From the IMG/VR virus record IMGVR_UViG_3300043443_000309: 64,000 nt of DNA; one strand, 5' to 3'. Both the position numbers and the translations under genes were made by a program. Positions 1-10,972 of the stretch are shown here, piece after piece. The first letter of the stretch is position 1, and the number at the start of each line of letters is the position of its first letter. The notes under the pieces are model-generated. The model searched no databases and was not told where the DNA came from. It was given only the letters and a program-made list of their open reading frames with translations. This stretch comes from an uncultured virus (IMG/VR IMGVR_UViG_3300043443_000309). Its lineage: Duplodnaviria > Heunggongvirae > Uroviricota > Caudoviricetes.

Positions 1-1
1 A

Positions 2-1480
2 TTCCAAGCTACTAGTGAAACTCATACACTCGATGACATTTTTGGTAGCAGCCAAGTAGTTTGCTGGAGAGTTGATTCGGGTTCTGATTGGGTTAGAGGA
101 AGTCTGTACGATAACTATCCGTATGGTGAATACGCTAATAACTTTGCAATGCAACTCACCTCTTCGATCAATTTGTTCGCAAAAGTACCAGTAAAGTCAG
201 TAGAGTTTGACGCCAACGGAAATCCAACAGCTATCAAGGAAGATAAGTCCTCCAACGATCACATCTGGGTTATTCAGCCTAAGTTTGAAACACCTGTTCT
301 AAACTTTACCGATAGTATTAGTTCTTCGTCTTTGAGCTTGCCGACAGTTGCATCCGAATCCGTTGCTGTAGGCATGTGGCATCAATTCGGTGTTGTACCA
401 GATTCGCCTGATAAGGGTATCTTCTTAGAGGTTTCACCAATCGAAGATGCATGGATAAACAACCGTTTGAAGGCTTCGATGCCCACAGCTATCAAGAATG
501 TCTACGGTGCAACTTCTAGCATGGCTTCGTTGCTAGACATCGTGAACTTCCGCAAGAGATCAACTAGGGTTGGAGACATAGGCAAGTCTAAGACAGTTTA
601 TGAAGCCGTAGTAGCAGTGCCATTTGTCGAGAGCCAAGGCAAGAGGAAGTTCTTCGAACTAAATCGTGACGTAGCAGTACAGGCCAGAAGAATGGCAGTC
701 AATCCAAGCTATGTCCCAGAAGCATCCCTTGTTCCCGGACAATCACTTATTGACTTGTACAAAAAGATGAATAAGTATGTTTTCCCACCAACATTTGATT
801 ACTACAACTACGAAGAAAATGATCTAAACTACGCTCCAATTTCGATGTATGTATTTGAATTCTCGCACACTTTCGATCAAAACGATCTTGTAAGAATGTG
901 GCAGAACCTACCACCAGAAATCGGTACAACAACAGAGTTTGCAGAAGCTTCGATTACTCACGCCCTTAGCGCCTATGAAATTCTCGATGCTTTCAGAGCT
1001 ACTGGTGGTAATACAAATGCAAACCTAAAGTGGCTAGTGTTCAAGGTGAAGCAACGCGCCAAAACAAACTTCGAAGACAAGCAACTTGGCAAACGTTCAA
1101 ATGCTGATCCAAGATTTACCTCTTATAGAACACAAGTTGGCAATAGATCTAACGCAATTCAGGAAAAGTATTCATACAACTGGCCTTATGATAACTTCTC
1201 ACTAGTTGAATTTGGCAAGATGGACTTTGAAGTTATCGCAAAACCAATAGTTGCTCCCGGTGGCGCTATCGGACAGCAAGTGGGGATTAGCGGTACTGGA
1301 ATAAATACCAACATTTCTACCACCACAACTGGTGTTCCTACCGCACCAGCAGTCAACCCGAACCTAAGCCCAACTTCCGCACAAGTATCTTCTATCGTAC
1401 AGACACCACCCTCTGCACAAACGGTAGGTCAATCTACACAGCCAAGCATTCAGTTAGTTCCAAAGACTAGGACCAGATAA
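2..1480 (+). CDS. Putative virion structural protein, 5'-truncated by the window edge
   Basis: The frame of the 149..1480 ORF stays open back to position 2. It lies among large Ser/Thr-rich virion-type ORFs and has a Thr/Pro/Gln-rich C-terminal tail. Confidence 0.55.
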   Translation, partial: FQATSETHTLDDIFGSSQVVCWRVDSGSDWVRGSLYDNYPYGEYANNFAMQLTSSINLFAKVPVKSVEFDANGNPTAIKEDKSSNDHIWVIQPKFETPVLNFTDSISSSSLSLPTVASESVAVGMWHQFGVVPDSPDKGIFLEVSPIEDAWINNRLKASMPTAIKNVYGATSSMASLLDIVNFRKRSTRVGDIGKSKTVYEAVVAVPFVESQGKRKFFELNRDVAVQARRMAVNPSYVPEASLVPGQSLIDLYKKMNKYVFPPTFDYYNYEENDLNYAPISMYVFEFSHTFDQNDLVRMWQNLPPEIGTTTEFAEASITHALSAYEILDAFRATGGNTNANLKWLVFKVKQRAKTNFEDKQLGKRSNADPRFTSYRTQVGNRSNAIQEKYSYNWPYDNFSLVEFGKMDFEVIAKPIVAPGGAIGQQVGISGTGINTNISTTTTGVPTAPAVNPNLSPTSAQVSSIVQTPPSAQTVGQSTQPSIQLVPKTRTR

Positions 1481-1512
1481 TAAGTCTGGTCCCTACTTAG
1501 TATAGGTGTAAA

Positions 1513-2715
1513 ATGGCTCAGTTTTTTGACGACAAGGAAGAGGTAATAGACATTGAATTGACCGAATGGGGTAAATACCTTTACTCTATCGGGAAGTTCA
1601 AGCCAACTTATTATGCCTTTTCTGATGATGAGGTATTGTACGATAGCGCGTATGCTGGGGTATCTTCAGAAGAACAAAAAGAAATTGTTGATAGGATAAC
1701 GGATAGCACTCCGTACCTAAAACCTCATGTACGTTTTAAGGAAGCAAAGACCTATTACCAAGAATACGACTCAGCCTCTGAACCAGATGCGACCGTATTT
1801 CAAAATCCGCTTGATTCTGCTGCGCGAGTTGATACTTTACTAGAAAGCAAGATTGAACTGATAAAACAGAAAGCTGGTAGGTACTCACAATCAACAAAAG
1901 AATTAGAAAGACTTATACTCTCTAAAGTGGGGACTGTTAGGACTACCACACAGGACTACCCAGCCTTCGACGTGACCTTTCTACAAAGTAGGATTTCTTC
2001 TTCATCCAATAGTTTGGCTACAGATTTTGGATACTTGAAAATACCACAAATCAATGTAAATTTGCAAAACATTATCACTGTTGTTCCTCCGAATACTGAA
2101 TTTATTAGTCGTGTCACAGATGGTAACATCGCTTCATTCCAAGCGGATTTCTATACTAATGTTAACGAAAGTGATGTCTTCCCAGATGGCTCAAAAATAG
2201 TGATGGAAACAAACTTTCTAGCGATTGATGTATTCCAGAATGGAGCAGAGTACAAAAATCAAAACTTTAACGTTCAAGTATTCGAAAGAGTGCAAGAATC
2301 AGGTAGTTTTGTGCTAAAGCCACTGAAGCTTGAGCCACAGACTAATGGTGTGGACGAAAACGGTTTCTTGATTCCAGTATCTCCACTTGAGTTGTCTGAG
2401 CTTGAGATTAATGCCTCTGCTAGAGAATCCCTTAATGATGGTATTGTTAACGCAGGATCCTCGGACGGAGATTACATTTCGAATTATTTCTCAATTCAAA
2501 TAGACAGGGAAATACCAAATGAAGTTTTGTGTTCGCTAGCTAAACGAATTACTAAGCTTGGTGGTAACATACGTCTTGATTATGACGTAGAATGCAGTGA
2601 TAGTTTGCTGACATTCCGTAATGGTTCACTAGTTAGGAATGTTGTTAGCGAGGGCGTCGAGGTAGTACAAGCTGCTTGTGATGAAGAACAAGGGGGAACA
2701 GGATGCCACAACTAG
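1513..2715 (+). CDS. Putative baseplate/tail structural protein
   Basis: 400 aa. N-terminus (IELTEWGKYLYSIGKFKPTYYAFSDDEVLY) resembles that of 10052..10957. Preceded by a CTACTTA motif. Confidence 0.5.
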   Translation: MAQFFDDKEEVIDIELTEWGKYLYSIGKFKPTYYAFSDDEVLYDSAYAGVSSEEQKEIVDRITDSTPYLKPHVRFKEAKTYYQEYDSASEPDATVFQNPLDSAARVDTLLESKIELIKQKAGRYSQSTKELERLILSKVGTVRTTTQDYPAFDVTFLQSRISSSSNSLATDFGYLKIPQINVNLQNIITVVPPNTEFISRVTDGNIASFQADFYTNVNESDVFPDGSKIVMETNFLAIDVFQNGAEYKNQNFNVQVFERVQESGSFVLKPLKLEPQTNGVDENGFLIPVSPLELSELEINASARESLNDGIVNAGSSDGDYISNYFSIQIDREIPNEVLCSLAKRITKLGGNIRLDYDVECSDSLLTFRNGSLVRNVVSEGVEVVQAACDEEQGGTGCHN

Positions 2716-5700
2716 GCCAAAACTTTGGTATTTCGACAGAACCGCCGGAAACCGGTGTGTATGACGTAGCTGAGATAGGTCGCGTTGAAATAAAAGATGA
2801 ATCTATAGAAATTGAAGGTATTATTATAGATACTCCAATTCTATCGATTCCCTTGCAACCGCCAGCCCCACCAGCAGATTCTACTCCACAAGTTGCTATC
2901 ACACAAGCTGGTTTAGGAACAACTGGTACCATTTCTATAACACCTGCTAACTCTATAACACCTGCTAATGGCGGAACATTCGGTGCCCCTGACAGACCAC
3001 CAGCCTACCATACTCCTGTTACAGCTTCATGTACATCAGCGTCAACAGAAGATACGCCAGTTGCTGGACCAGACCCAGCCGATCCTGAGCCTCCGGAAGA
3101 TCCACCGGCTTCCGGCTCAGTCCCGCCAAAAGGCAAACACTTTTACGATCCTAGCGAATGTGAAACTTGCTGTCATTCGCCTACTGATAGTCCATCACAA
3201 TTTTACACTTATTGTATGTTGTTAAGTACCGATGAACTTGTAACAAAAATGATAGAAACTGGATACATTGATCAAGTTTATCAATCGATCCCAGTTTTAC
3301 AGGCAAAATACGAGAAAGGTTTACCGGGCGCTTATCTACAAGAAATGAGCTTCCTAGATTTCACCAAACAACAACAAAACGCTTTAGTTAATAGCGTGTT
3401 ATTTACAAGCCCTTCTCAAATGATGTCGATGGAGCCAGTATTGAACCCGCCTGCTGCTGCACCTGTACCATCACTGCCTATCTTTAGGAAAGAAATTGAA
3501 GCTTATCAATTCCAAAGGAAATTCACTTTTAAGATTCCGCCAAACCTACAGCATTTAGCACTATTTGTATTTGTTAGATTCGATCAGATTAACTTCAATA
3601 ACTACTATAACTTGTCCACCAGAGCAATTCCGCAAGGTGTATACACAGGTCCAGTAAAAGAACTGGTGGTCATAAAGAATGCTAACTTAACAACAGTTGC
3701 GACAACTCAAGCGGTAGTCCAGACGAGTACTTCTCTTGCAAGCTCGCCGTCGTATTCAATGGCCCAATACGGTACAGGTATTTCTACACCACCTCCGCTA
3801 ATACGCCGCCGCCCTGTACAAAAAGTAGTACAAACAGTAAGTCCTGTGGCTAGTATTAGAAGCAGTAGAGTGATGAACTTGATCTTGAAGTATTGCTCCA
3901 CTTCGATAACAGAAGCACTTCAATCCCAAAAGGGTATTCAAACTGGCTCACAACAAGCATCTTTCTGGCTCTCTAGAAGGCCAGATGCAAATTTACTTTT
4001 CTTTATGTTTAACCAAGAGCAGTTGATTATGAACAATTCTTTTATACCAAGCATGAAGACAAAGGAAGTATACACAGATCAACCACTGGAATCTATTGAA
4101 GTATTCAAGGTCGATTCCTTGAATGACAATAGCGAAGAGTTAATAAATACTAGCGCAGGGGTTAGGACCACAAAAGGCTCTGCTATAAAATCTGTACGCT
4201 ATACAAAAACTAAAACGCTTGAGGACTCAGAATCGGTGGGTGCGGATGGAAAAAACATCGTATTATCACAGATAGTTGAACTTCCAAATCCCTCCCGTGG
4301 TATTAAGCTTCTACAAGTATTAGATTCTAGTGACACCTCTGGCGAATTCGCTTATCGTGTGTCTTTCACATTTAAAGACCCCACAATTTCCTTCTTGGTC
4401 GAGCAAACTAATGATTACATCTATAAGCTAAACCAATTTGTCGATTTGTTAGAGACTGTTAAATCGATGAAAAAAGAGATAAAAGAAGGTCGTGTTACTA
4501 CAGACCAGTTGTTTGTTGATTACATGAATGCAGTAAAGGCAGCTATCTCAAAAGCTATGTTATTACTAGGAGTATTACCAAGTAGCGATTATAATTCAAC
4601 AGTATTTATGAATTATGTTACCACATTGGCGAATCCTAATGCGACTCTTGAGGATCATGAAGACCTGTATAAGATCTTGAAAACGCTACAAGATACTCTT
4701 GTATCTATAACAGAAAGTGCCGGTGGAAGAATTGCTTTATTATCCGACATTGCCTCAACGCCCTCAAATTCCAGAGCGGGTAGGAATAGTAGCGGAATTC
4801 TTAAAACTGTCGATGTAAGCTCTCAAAAGTTTTCAAGATCAATTGGGACTGGTATTGATTTCATTTCAATGGAAGATAGTGACGGCGTAACTCAATCTGG
4901 TAAAGTGATTTATGATGCCACATTCCTACAACAAAGATCAGAAATAGAGTTTAATAAATTCTGGGATTCGAATTCCTCCAATCAACTTGGTACACAGGAA
5001 AATTACATTAGAAATAGTTGTAAATTCTATTTAACCCCAACTAGAGTATACGGTGTCGAGGAGACATTGAATCTCTTAACGACCGGGGACTTCAACGATA
5101 CATTTACAGAAACAATAAAGAAAGTGAAGCCTGCTAAACAAGGAAAAGCAACAAAATCTGGTACATTCGCGATGATACTAGACTCTTTGGAAGACATCCC
5201 TGCATCACTACAAATCGTGGAAACTAATTTCAACTTTATGTCTGCCGATCCAGAAACAGCAAATGTTTATGACTTAAGTGATAGATACCTTCAGTCTCAT
5301 AACAATTTTAAAACAGGTGAAATTGACACTTTCGAAAACAAAAAAAGACAATCATCTAACTTCGATTCTAAGATGGATCAAATTCTATTACAATACGAAT
5401 CAAGTATTATTGAAGGCTTTCAAAACATTCATAAAAGCTCAATAGATGCTGCTATTAGAACACAAACAACCCTAGAACAACTAGTAGATTCTGAGGCTCT
5501 AACTGATCTACCTCCTTCCTTGGCAGCTTATAGTTATAGAAATAGAAGTGTTTCAAAGTTCTCCACATTCACATCAAAGTATGGTCTGCTTTCTGATCCG
5601 TCTAACCAAGTATACTTGAACAACTTCTTCGGTGTGATCGGACGTATCCAATACGCAGTTATGAAGCCGTCGAATTTGAACTCTATAGGGTGGAAAAACC

Positions 5701-6011
5701 TAGATTCGGCTGCATTATCAAATAGTGGTTTTCTGTTCTGCCGAGTACTGCCTTTAACAGATAGAGAGCTTAGCATAGATTGCGATCTAGATAATACAGA
5801 GATCTATAATCAGTATTTTGGATTGCAGCTAAACCCGGTTAAGACAAAGATAAAAGAAAATCCAAGTGTAGTTAGACCACAAAGAATGGTAACTTCGGAT
5901 AATTTAAGTGCAACCCAGAAAGCTGTAGAAAAAAGAATGCAAATGATTATGGCGCAAAAGACTACTTACGATACTGGTACCCCAATCGTGTATTCTAAAA
6001 TCATACGATAA
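2703..6011 (+). CDS. Large hypothetical protein, probably virion structural
   Basis: 1102 aa ORF with a Pro/Thr-rich N-terminal region and a Cys cluster (CETCCH); structural-gene neighbourhood. Confidence 0.45.
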   Translation: MPQLGQNFGISTEPPETGVYDVAEIGRVEIKDESIEIEGIIIDTPILSIPLQPPAPPADSTPQVAITQAGLGTTGTISITPANSITPANGGTFGAPDRPPAYHTPVTASCTSASTEDTPVAGPDPADPEPPEDPPASGSVPPKGKHFYDPSECETCCHSPTDSPSQFYTYCMLLSTDELVTKMIETGYIDQVYQSIPVLQAKYEKGLPGAYLQEMSFLDFTKQQQNALVNSVLFTSPSQMMSMEPVLNPPAAAPVPSLPIFRKEIEAYQFQRKFTFKIPPNLQHLALFVFVRFDQINFNNYYNLSTRAIPQGVYTGPVKELVVIKNANLTTVATTQAVVQTSTSLASSPSYSMAQYGTGISTPPPLIRRRPVQKVVQTVSPVASIRSSRVMNLILKYCSTSITEALQSQKGIQTGSQQASFWLSRRPDANLLFFMFNQEQLIMNNSFIPSMKTKEVYTDQPLESIEVFKVDSLNDNSEELINTSAGVRTTKGSAIKSVRYTKTKTLEDSESVGADGKNIVLSQIVELPNPSRGIKLLQVLDSSDTSGEFAYRVSFTFKDPTISFLVEQTNDYIYKLNQFVDLLETVKSMKKEIKEGRVTTDQLFVDYMNAVKAAISKAMLLLGVLPSSDYNSTVFMNYVTTLANPNATLEDHEDLYKILKTLQDTLVSITESAGGRIALLSDIASTPSNSRAGRNSSGILKTVDVSSQKFSRSIGTGIDFISMEDSDGVTQSGKVIYDATFLQQRSEIEFNKFWDSNSSNQLGTQENYIRNSCKFYLTPTRVYGVEETLNLLTTGDFNDTFTETIKKVKPAKQGKATKSGTFAMILDSLEDIPASLQIVETNFNFMSADPETANVYDLSDRYLQSHNNFKTGEIDTFENKKRQSSNFDSKMDQILLQYESSIIEGFQNIHKSSIDAAIRTQTTLEQLVDSEALTDLPPSLAAYSYRNRSVSKFSTFTSKYGLLSDPSNQVYLNNFFGVIGRIQYAVMKPSNLNSIGWKNLDSAALSNSGFLFCRVLPLTDRELSIDCDLDNTEIYNQYFGLQLNPVKTKIKENPSVVRPQRMVTSDNLSATQKAVEKRMQMIMAQKTTYDTGTPIVYSKIIR
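2934..2969 (+). repeat. In-frame 18-bp tandem duplication (SITPAN x2)
   Basis: tctataacacctgctaac followed by tctataacacctgctaat. Confidence 0.9.
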
Positions 6012-6032
6012 CCAGTTGGAACGGGCACTTGA

Positions 6033-9000
6033 ATGAGATCAGCAACCCAGAAATTTCTATTCGTAAATAACAATAACTACCGACAGCTAGAACTGCCGGT
6101 TATAGGAAACACTACCGGCGCTGCAACTACCGTAGCTAGTAACGTAGTTCGTAGAGGCTTAGTTGATCGATTTAGACAAATCATAGGAAATTACTGGTAT
6201 GCTAGAGGGGTAGACGGAAAACCAGATGATACGGGGTTTCCTTACCAGAGTGGCAATCCAGTAGATGATAAATCTTCGATGACATGGGGAGAGAAAAGAA
6301 GATACCCTTTTGAAATCAGATTAGCTTCTACCCACTCATACACAACTTACACTAATCTTCCAACAACTTTAAAAGTCACACCGATTACGCTTATTGCCGA
6401 CAGCCGTTTCGGCCCTTATCCTGACTGTTTAACATGTTGGTATCGTTATCTTTACGGGGTTGATCAACTGGACCCAACAACCCCAATCGATAAGGTTTTC
6501 GGCTTTGATCCGCTAAGGCTCCAAGACGTAGAATCAGTGGTTCAGGTAAACATACCCGGCGTTGCTACTCCATACTATCTAAAAGCCGCCGCCTCTTTAA
6601 CTATGTTAGTTATTACAGAGGCTGGACTTCCAACAACAGATAGGCTAGCCGAGTTGGGAGTAGACATTAGCTACCTAAGTGCTGGGCGAAATCTGGTAAA
6701 CGCTATAAGACAAGCAGTAATGCCTTTAACAACTGGAAGTCTAGCTGGTGGTCTTTCGTTGTCGTTTGATGCAAAGTTGTTTAGAGATTCTTACTTTGAA
6801 AATGGTATAGCAGCAGATGAAAAACTAGAAGAAAGCATCGAGTCAAACCTAGATTTTGAATTAAATGCATCAGTCCAGTTCAGACATAATTACACTGCTA
6901 AAGAATACGAAAAGATAAATAATGAAAACATCTCTGTTTTTGGTTATGAAGCCGAACGCTTGGTTAACATGTATGAATACCTTTATAATAGTAAGAGTGT
7001 AGTGTCGGCAGAAATAGTCAAGCTCAGAAGTCAGATCGATTGCTTTGCAGAAAATCTTAAGCTCTTCTTTAGAAACCCCAATGTTCAGAAAGGTGGACTT
7101 ACAACAAGAGTGATTTATGTGTTAGCGGAGACTGTTCCACTAATCAATAAAACATACCCATTTCAAGATCTAATGCCCTATTATTCTAGGATAAAGTTCG
7201 ATCTTGAGGAAACAGGTCCGATGGGCGCGGCGCTGGAAGAGACAAGAAATGATGGCATTGTTATGCGACACATGCAAGAAAACAGAGGCGTGTATGAGGC
7301 TAACAATTATCGTACTTTCAAGCAAACCTTTGCAAAAGCCAAGAAAGGTTCAAATTACATCTCAAAACTCATCCCAGAAACAAGAGATGTAACTTTAAAA
7401 TCTTGGGGTTTCTACGAGTGGATGCTAAAGCTCGGGGATAGACTTTCATACGGAGTACCACCGGTCGATCAGATGCCTTCTGACAGCATCATTATAAATG
7501 ACAGCACGAAATCAGCTCTTGCAACAAGAGGGGTCTCTACTCTTGCAGCAAATTACGAGTTGGCAGTTAAAGCACTCCACGCTAAAGCCACTGATCTAGT
7601 AAAATTCTATTCTAGAGATTACGTTGATCTCCTAAAAGGCAAGATGCCGTATAGAGAGGTAGTGGCTTATAAGATACAAAAGTATGGCAATCTTTCTGTC
7701 ACTTCAGACGTTACTAGCACTGCTACCATACTAGGTACAACCTTATACGAGTCTTTGTATGGCGACAATGGTGTTATTTCGACCCAACAAGCCCAGCCAA
7801 TACAAGAAATCTGGTTTTTTAATACAGCAAAAGAAGACATAATAAACTATGTCGATACTCAAATAATGAGCGATAAATACTATACATACGTTGTAAATTC
7901 GTATGTGTTGTCATTAGACAGTGATTATTACTATACAAATGCTACCGCTCTTAAATTCCCATGTAACGATGTATTCACAGAATTTCCATTTGCTGCAAAA
8001 GGACAACCACCAACTTGGCTATCACAGCTAAGTACTGCCTATTTGTCTCTACTTCGCCAGAATGGTGGTCTAACTTATAGTTTGGCGTATGATGCCTCTC
8101 TTGTGGACCTTGCTTCTAGAAGTAGCCTTCCTTTTGAATCTTCTAAACATGAGTTGAAACTTATGCTCATGCTAAACCCAAATGGATGCAGCCAAGTCGG
8201 AGCAACAGCTATCTACCCAACAGAGATACTAAGGATGATAGCATTGTATGGGGTCGATGGTACGCAAACTAGACTCACAAATTTGTTTGTTAGTTGTTTA
8301 GATGGTACATTAATTGCCGGTGGTTTTAGAGAAACTGTAGTTGCCGCTATTCTAGCAAAAGTAACAAAATACATTACCGATGGATGTGTCACAGCTAAGT
8401 TGTTAGCAAGTTGTGATAGAAAGACAGATGATCCGTGTCTTGCTACCTTGACTATCGGCGCTAGACAGAACGCCAAGTACTCCTTACCAGAAGAATACGA
8501 AGCAGCTATTTCCGCAAAGATCTCAGCAATTCTATCTAATGAAACAGGAGATACCATTGACATCTCTAATCTAACCCCTGAGCAAATCGAACCAGTTGCT
8601 TCTATCTTTATAGAAATACTTAATACTTTGTATAATACTGGAGCTTTAACCGTAGATCCTAATACTGGTGAAAATGCTGCTATAGTTCGTGACTTTTTTG
8701 AACAGATTGAGACCTCGGGGCAAATAGAAGTAAGTGATGTCATAGTCCTGTTGTCTCTTTTGAACGCAGATCTAGGACAAATGAAGTCTGTTATGGGAAG
8801 TATAAGCGCAGAAATAAATCAATTTTTGCAAGCATTCTTCGATGTCTCAATAACCGTGGGCGCGGACATAACAGCGGATTATAATTCAAATACTCTTATT
8901 TATCAATCTATGATGAGGTTTGAGAAAACTGACATAACTTGTACTCCCGGACAGGCAGTAATACAAGACAAAAACATAAAGATAACTTGCGAATGTAGAG

Positions 9001-9992
9001 AAGAAACTGAAAGATGCAGGATTTCATTCCTAGCAAATGTAGTCACAAATCCAACGATTTATGAAGTACCTTATTACTTTGCATCTGGTCGAGCAGTGGC
9101 AGAGCTACCTACTCCCCCTGATGTCCAGTTCATTCCTTATAAAGATGTGGACAATCTTGTTCTGATCAATCTGAATACAATGGCAGGCAAGTACACTACG
9201 CAATTTGTTCCTGTTGTCGCTGCCGACGAAGAATACATAAATACGCTAGCTTCTTCTAGAGGTGTCGGCTCGGACGCCTTGTTTGATTTCGAAGGAGATC
9301 CAGATGTTTTGTTCTATGAAGCTTTCCGTATAGAAGAAAAGCCAACATCCTATACTGATTTTGCAAACGGAACCTATTTCAAATTTGATCTACCAAGAAA
9401 TCCTGCAAGATCAATCACTAACCGTTCCGCTTTCCGCGAAACGACATACGAGACCTACTCTAATGCAATCTCTAGAGAACATACGATAGCTCCAAATAAG
9501 AAGTATTACTACATCTTCAGGACAATTGACATCAACGGAAATCTTTCAAATCCTTCAAAGGTATTCGAAATCGAAATGGTGAATAATGGTGGAGCAATCT
9601 TCCCCATTATCCGAGTAGTAGACTTTGAAATTCCAAAACCTTATTCTTATGATTTTGAGATGAGAAGATTCTTGTTGCTGTCGGTTGCCCCGACTCAGAC
9701 AGAAATCCTGCAATCAGTAAAAGAAGTATCAAGCCAACTAGGGTTTGTATCAGCTAGAGATGTTGTAAGGAATTTCAAGTTATTCAATAACTCTGAGAAT
9801 TCCGTTTGGAATAAAAGCTTTAAGATCAGACTTACGGCATTGGATACAGGAAGAATGCTTGACATTAACATAAGTCCAAGTACTACCATTGACGATCCAA
9901 GCAAATTCTGTGGTTCGGGACAGAGTGATTCTGTACTGTCAGTCACAGCAGAAGATAAAGATTATGGCGTAAGCCCGATTAGTTGGCCATAA
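6033..9992 (+). CDS. Large hypothetical virion protein with an Fn3/Ig-like C-terminal region
   Basis: 1319 aa. C-terminal PNKKYYYIFRTIDINGNLSNPS resembles the end of an Fn3-like beta-sandwich. ACTACTTAC motif at 5961. Confidence 0.5.
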   Translation: MRSATQKFLFVNNNNYRQLELPVIGNTTGAATTVASNVVRRGLVDRFRQIIGNYWYARGVDGKPDDTGFPYQSGNPVDDKSSMTWGEKRRYPFEIRLASTHSYTTYTNLPTTLKVTPITLIADSRFGPYPDCLTCWYRYLYGVDQLDPTTPIDKVFGFDPLRLQDVESVVQVNIPGVATPYYLKAAASLTMLVITEAGLPTTDRLAELGVDISYLSAGRNLVNAIRQAVMPLTTGSLAGGLSLSFDAKLFRDSYFENGIAADEKLEESIESNLDFELNASVQFRHNYTAKEYEKINNENISVFGYEAERLVNMYEYLYNSKSVVSAEIVKLRSQIDCFAENLKLFFRNPNVQKGGLTTRVIYVLAETVPLINKTYPFQDLMPYYSRIKFDLEETGPMGAALEETRNDGIVMRHMQENRGVYEANNYRTFKQTFAKAKKGSNYISKLIPETRDVTLKSWGFYEWMLKLGDRLSYGVPPVDQMPSDSIIINDSTKSALATRGVSTLAANYELAVKALHAKATDLVKFYSRDYVDLLKGKMPYREVVAYKIQKYGNLSVTSDVTSTATILGTTLYESLYGDNGVISTQQAQPIQEIWFFNTAKEDIINYVDTQIMSDKYYTYVVNSYVLSLDSDYYYTNATALKFPCNDVFTEFPFAAKGQPPTWLSQLSTAYLSLLRQNGGLTYSLAYDASLVDLASRSSLPFESSKHELKLMLMLNPNGCSQVGATAIYPTEILRMIALYGVDGTQTRLTNLFVSCLDGTLIAGGFRETVVAAILAKVTKYITDGCVTAKLLASCDRKTDDPCLATLTIGARQNAKYSLPEEYEAAISAKISAILSNETGDTIDISNLTPEQIEPVASIFIEILNTLYNTGALTVDPNTGENAAIVRDFFEQIETSGQIEVSDVIVLLSLLNADLGQMKSVMGSISAEINQFLQAFFDVSITVGADITADYNSNTLIYQSMMRFEKTDITCTPGQAVIQDKNIKITCECREETERCRISFLANVVTNPTIYEVPYYFASGRAVAELPTPPDVQFIPYKDVDNLVLINLNTMAGKYTTQFVPVVAADEEYINTLASSRGVGSDALFDFEGDPDVLFYEAFRIEEKPTSYTDFANGTYFKFDLPRNPARSITNRSAFRETTYETYSNAISREHTIAPNKKYYYIFRTIDINGNLSNPSKVFEIEMVNNGGAIFPIIRVVDFEIPKPYSYDFEMRRFLLLSVAPTQTEILQSVKEVSSQLGFVSARDVVRNFKLFNNSENSVWNKSFKIRLTALDTGRMLDINISPSTTIDDPSKFCGSGQSDSVLSVTAEDKDYGVSPISWP

Positions 9993-10025
9993 GTTATTTG
10001 GCCAAAGACTTTATTTTATTCAAGC

Positions 10026-10034
10026 ACTATTTAT
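10026..10034 (+). promoter_or_regulatory. Putative late promoter ACTATTTAT
   Basis: Recurrent motif upstream of structural genes; here followed by GAGGAG SD and ATG 10052. Confidence 0.7.
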
Positions 10035-10051
10035 AATGTTGAGGAGATAAA

Positions 10052-10957
10052 ATGGCATTTCTTGATAATTCCGGCGACATAATCCTAGACGCCGTACTAA
10101 CAGACGTAGGAAGAATGAGATTAGCCCGTGGTGACGGAAGCTTCCAGATTACAGCTTTCGCCCTCGGGGATGATGAAATTGATTATAGTCTATACAACCC
10201 AAACCACCCAAGTGGTTCGGCTTATTACGACTTATCCATCAAACAGACACCAATACTTGAGTCATTCACGAATAACTCTTCGTTTTTGAAGTCTAAATTA
10301 ATGTCGATCAATCGCTTCGATCTTTTCTACCTACCAGTTCTTAAACTCAACGAAATCGTCAACAAGACTGCCAAGCACAGCAGCGGTGTTTTCATCGTAA
10401 CAGTCGATAGCGCCACTTCTCCCACAACCCAAACTGCATTTCAAAATGTTTCCGGTATTATGGATGGGTACAATCCTTCTAATGAATTAAAGCATGTTAG
10501 AATTGATCAAGGAATTGATAATTCCGCCCAACCACCTACAATTGAACTTCCTCAAGCATTAAGAGAAACACAGTATGCTGTAAGAATGCACAACGATCTA
10601 GGTGTAATCTATTCCCCAAGCACCGCCGGGGCAGCAAGACCAAGTTCAATCGATGATGATGGAATAGCTACTTATTTCTTCTCTTTATCTTCGAATAATA
10701 ACTACGTTACCACAAATCGAGTTACCGTCGCTGGTCCTAACGAAGTTATCGCTGGCTCTAGAGGTTCAATCCTACAGTTCAAGATTGCAGCCAGTGAAAA
10801 TCTAAGAAGCTCTACAGCTTTATTCACCGAATTAGGTGGAACTGGTCTCACCGTTGAAGGTGTCACCAATTTACGTTACATCGACACTTTCGTTGAAATC
10901 GAAGGTATCACTACCGGTTACAAGATTGAAATTCCGGTTAGATTCATAAAGGCTTGA
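10052..10957 (+). CDS. Putative baseplate/tail-collar structural protein
   Basis: N-terminal LTDVGRMRLA...FALGDDE resembles the N-terminus of tail-collar/fibre attachment domains; strong SD. Confidence 0.5.
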   Translation: MAFLDNSGDIILDAVLTDVGRMRLARGDGSFQITAFALGDDEIDYSLYNPNHPSGSAYYDLSIKQTPILESFTNNSSFLKSKLMSINRFDLFYLPVLKLNEIVNKTAKHSSGVFIVTVDSATSPTTQTAFQNVSGIMDGYNPSNELKHVRIDQGIDNSAQPPTIELPQALRETQYAVRMHNDLGVIYSPSTAGAARPSSIDDDGIATYFFSLSSNNNYVTTNRVTVAGPNEVIAGSRGSILQFKIAASENLRSSTALFTELGGTGLTVEGVTNLRYIDTFVEIEGITTGYKIEIPVRFIKA

Positions 10958-10972
10958 TAAAGGAATAATAAA

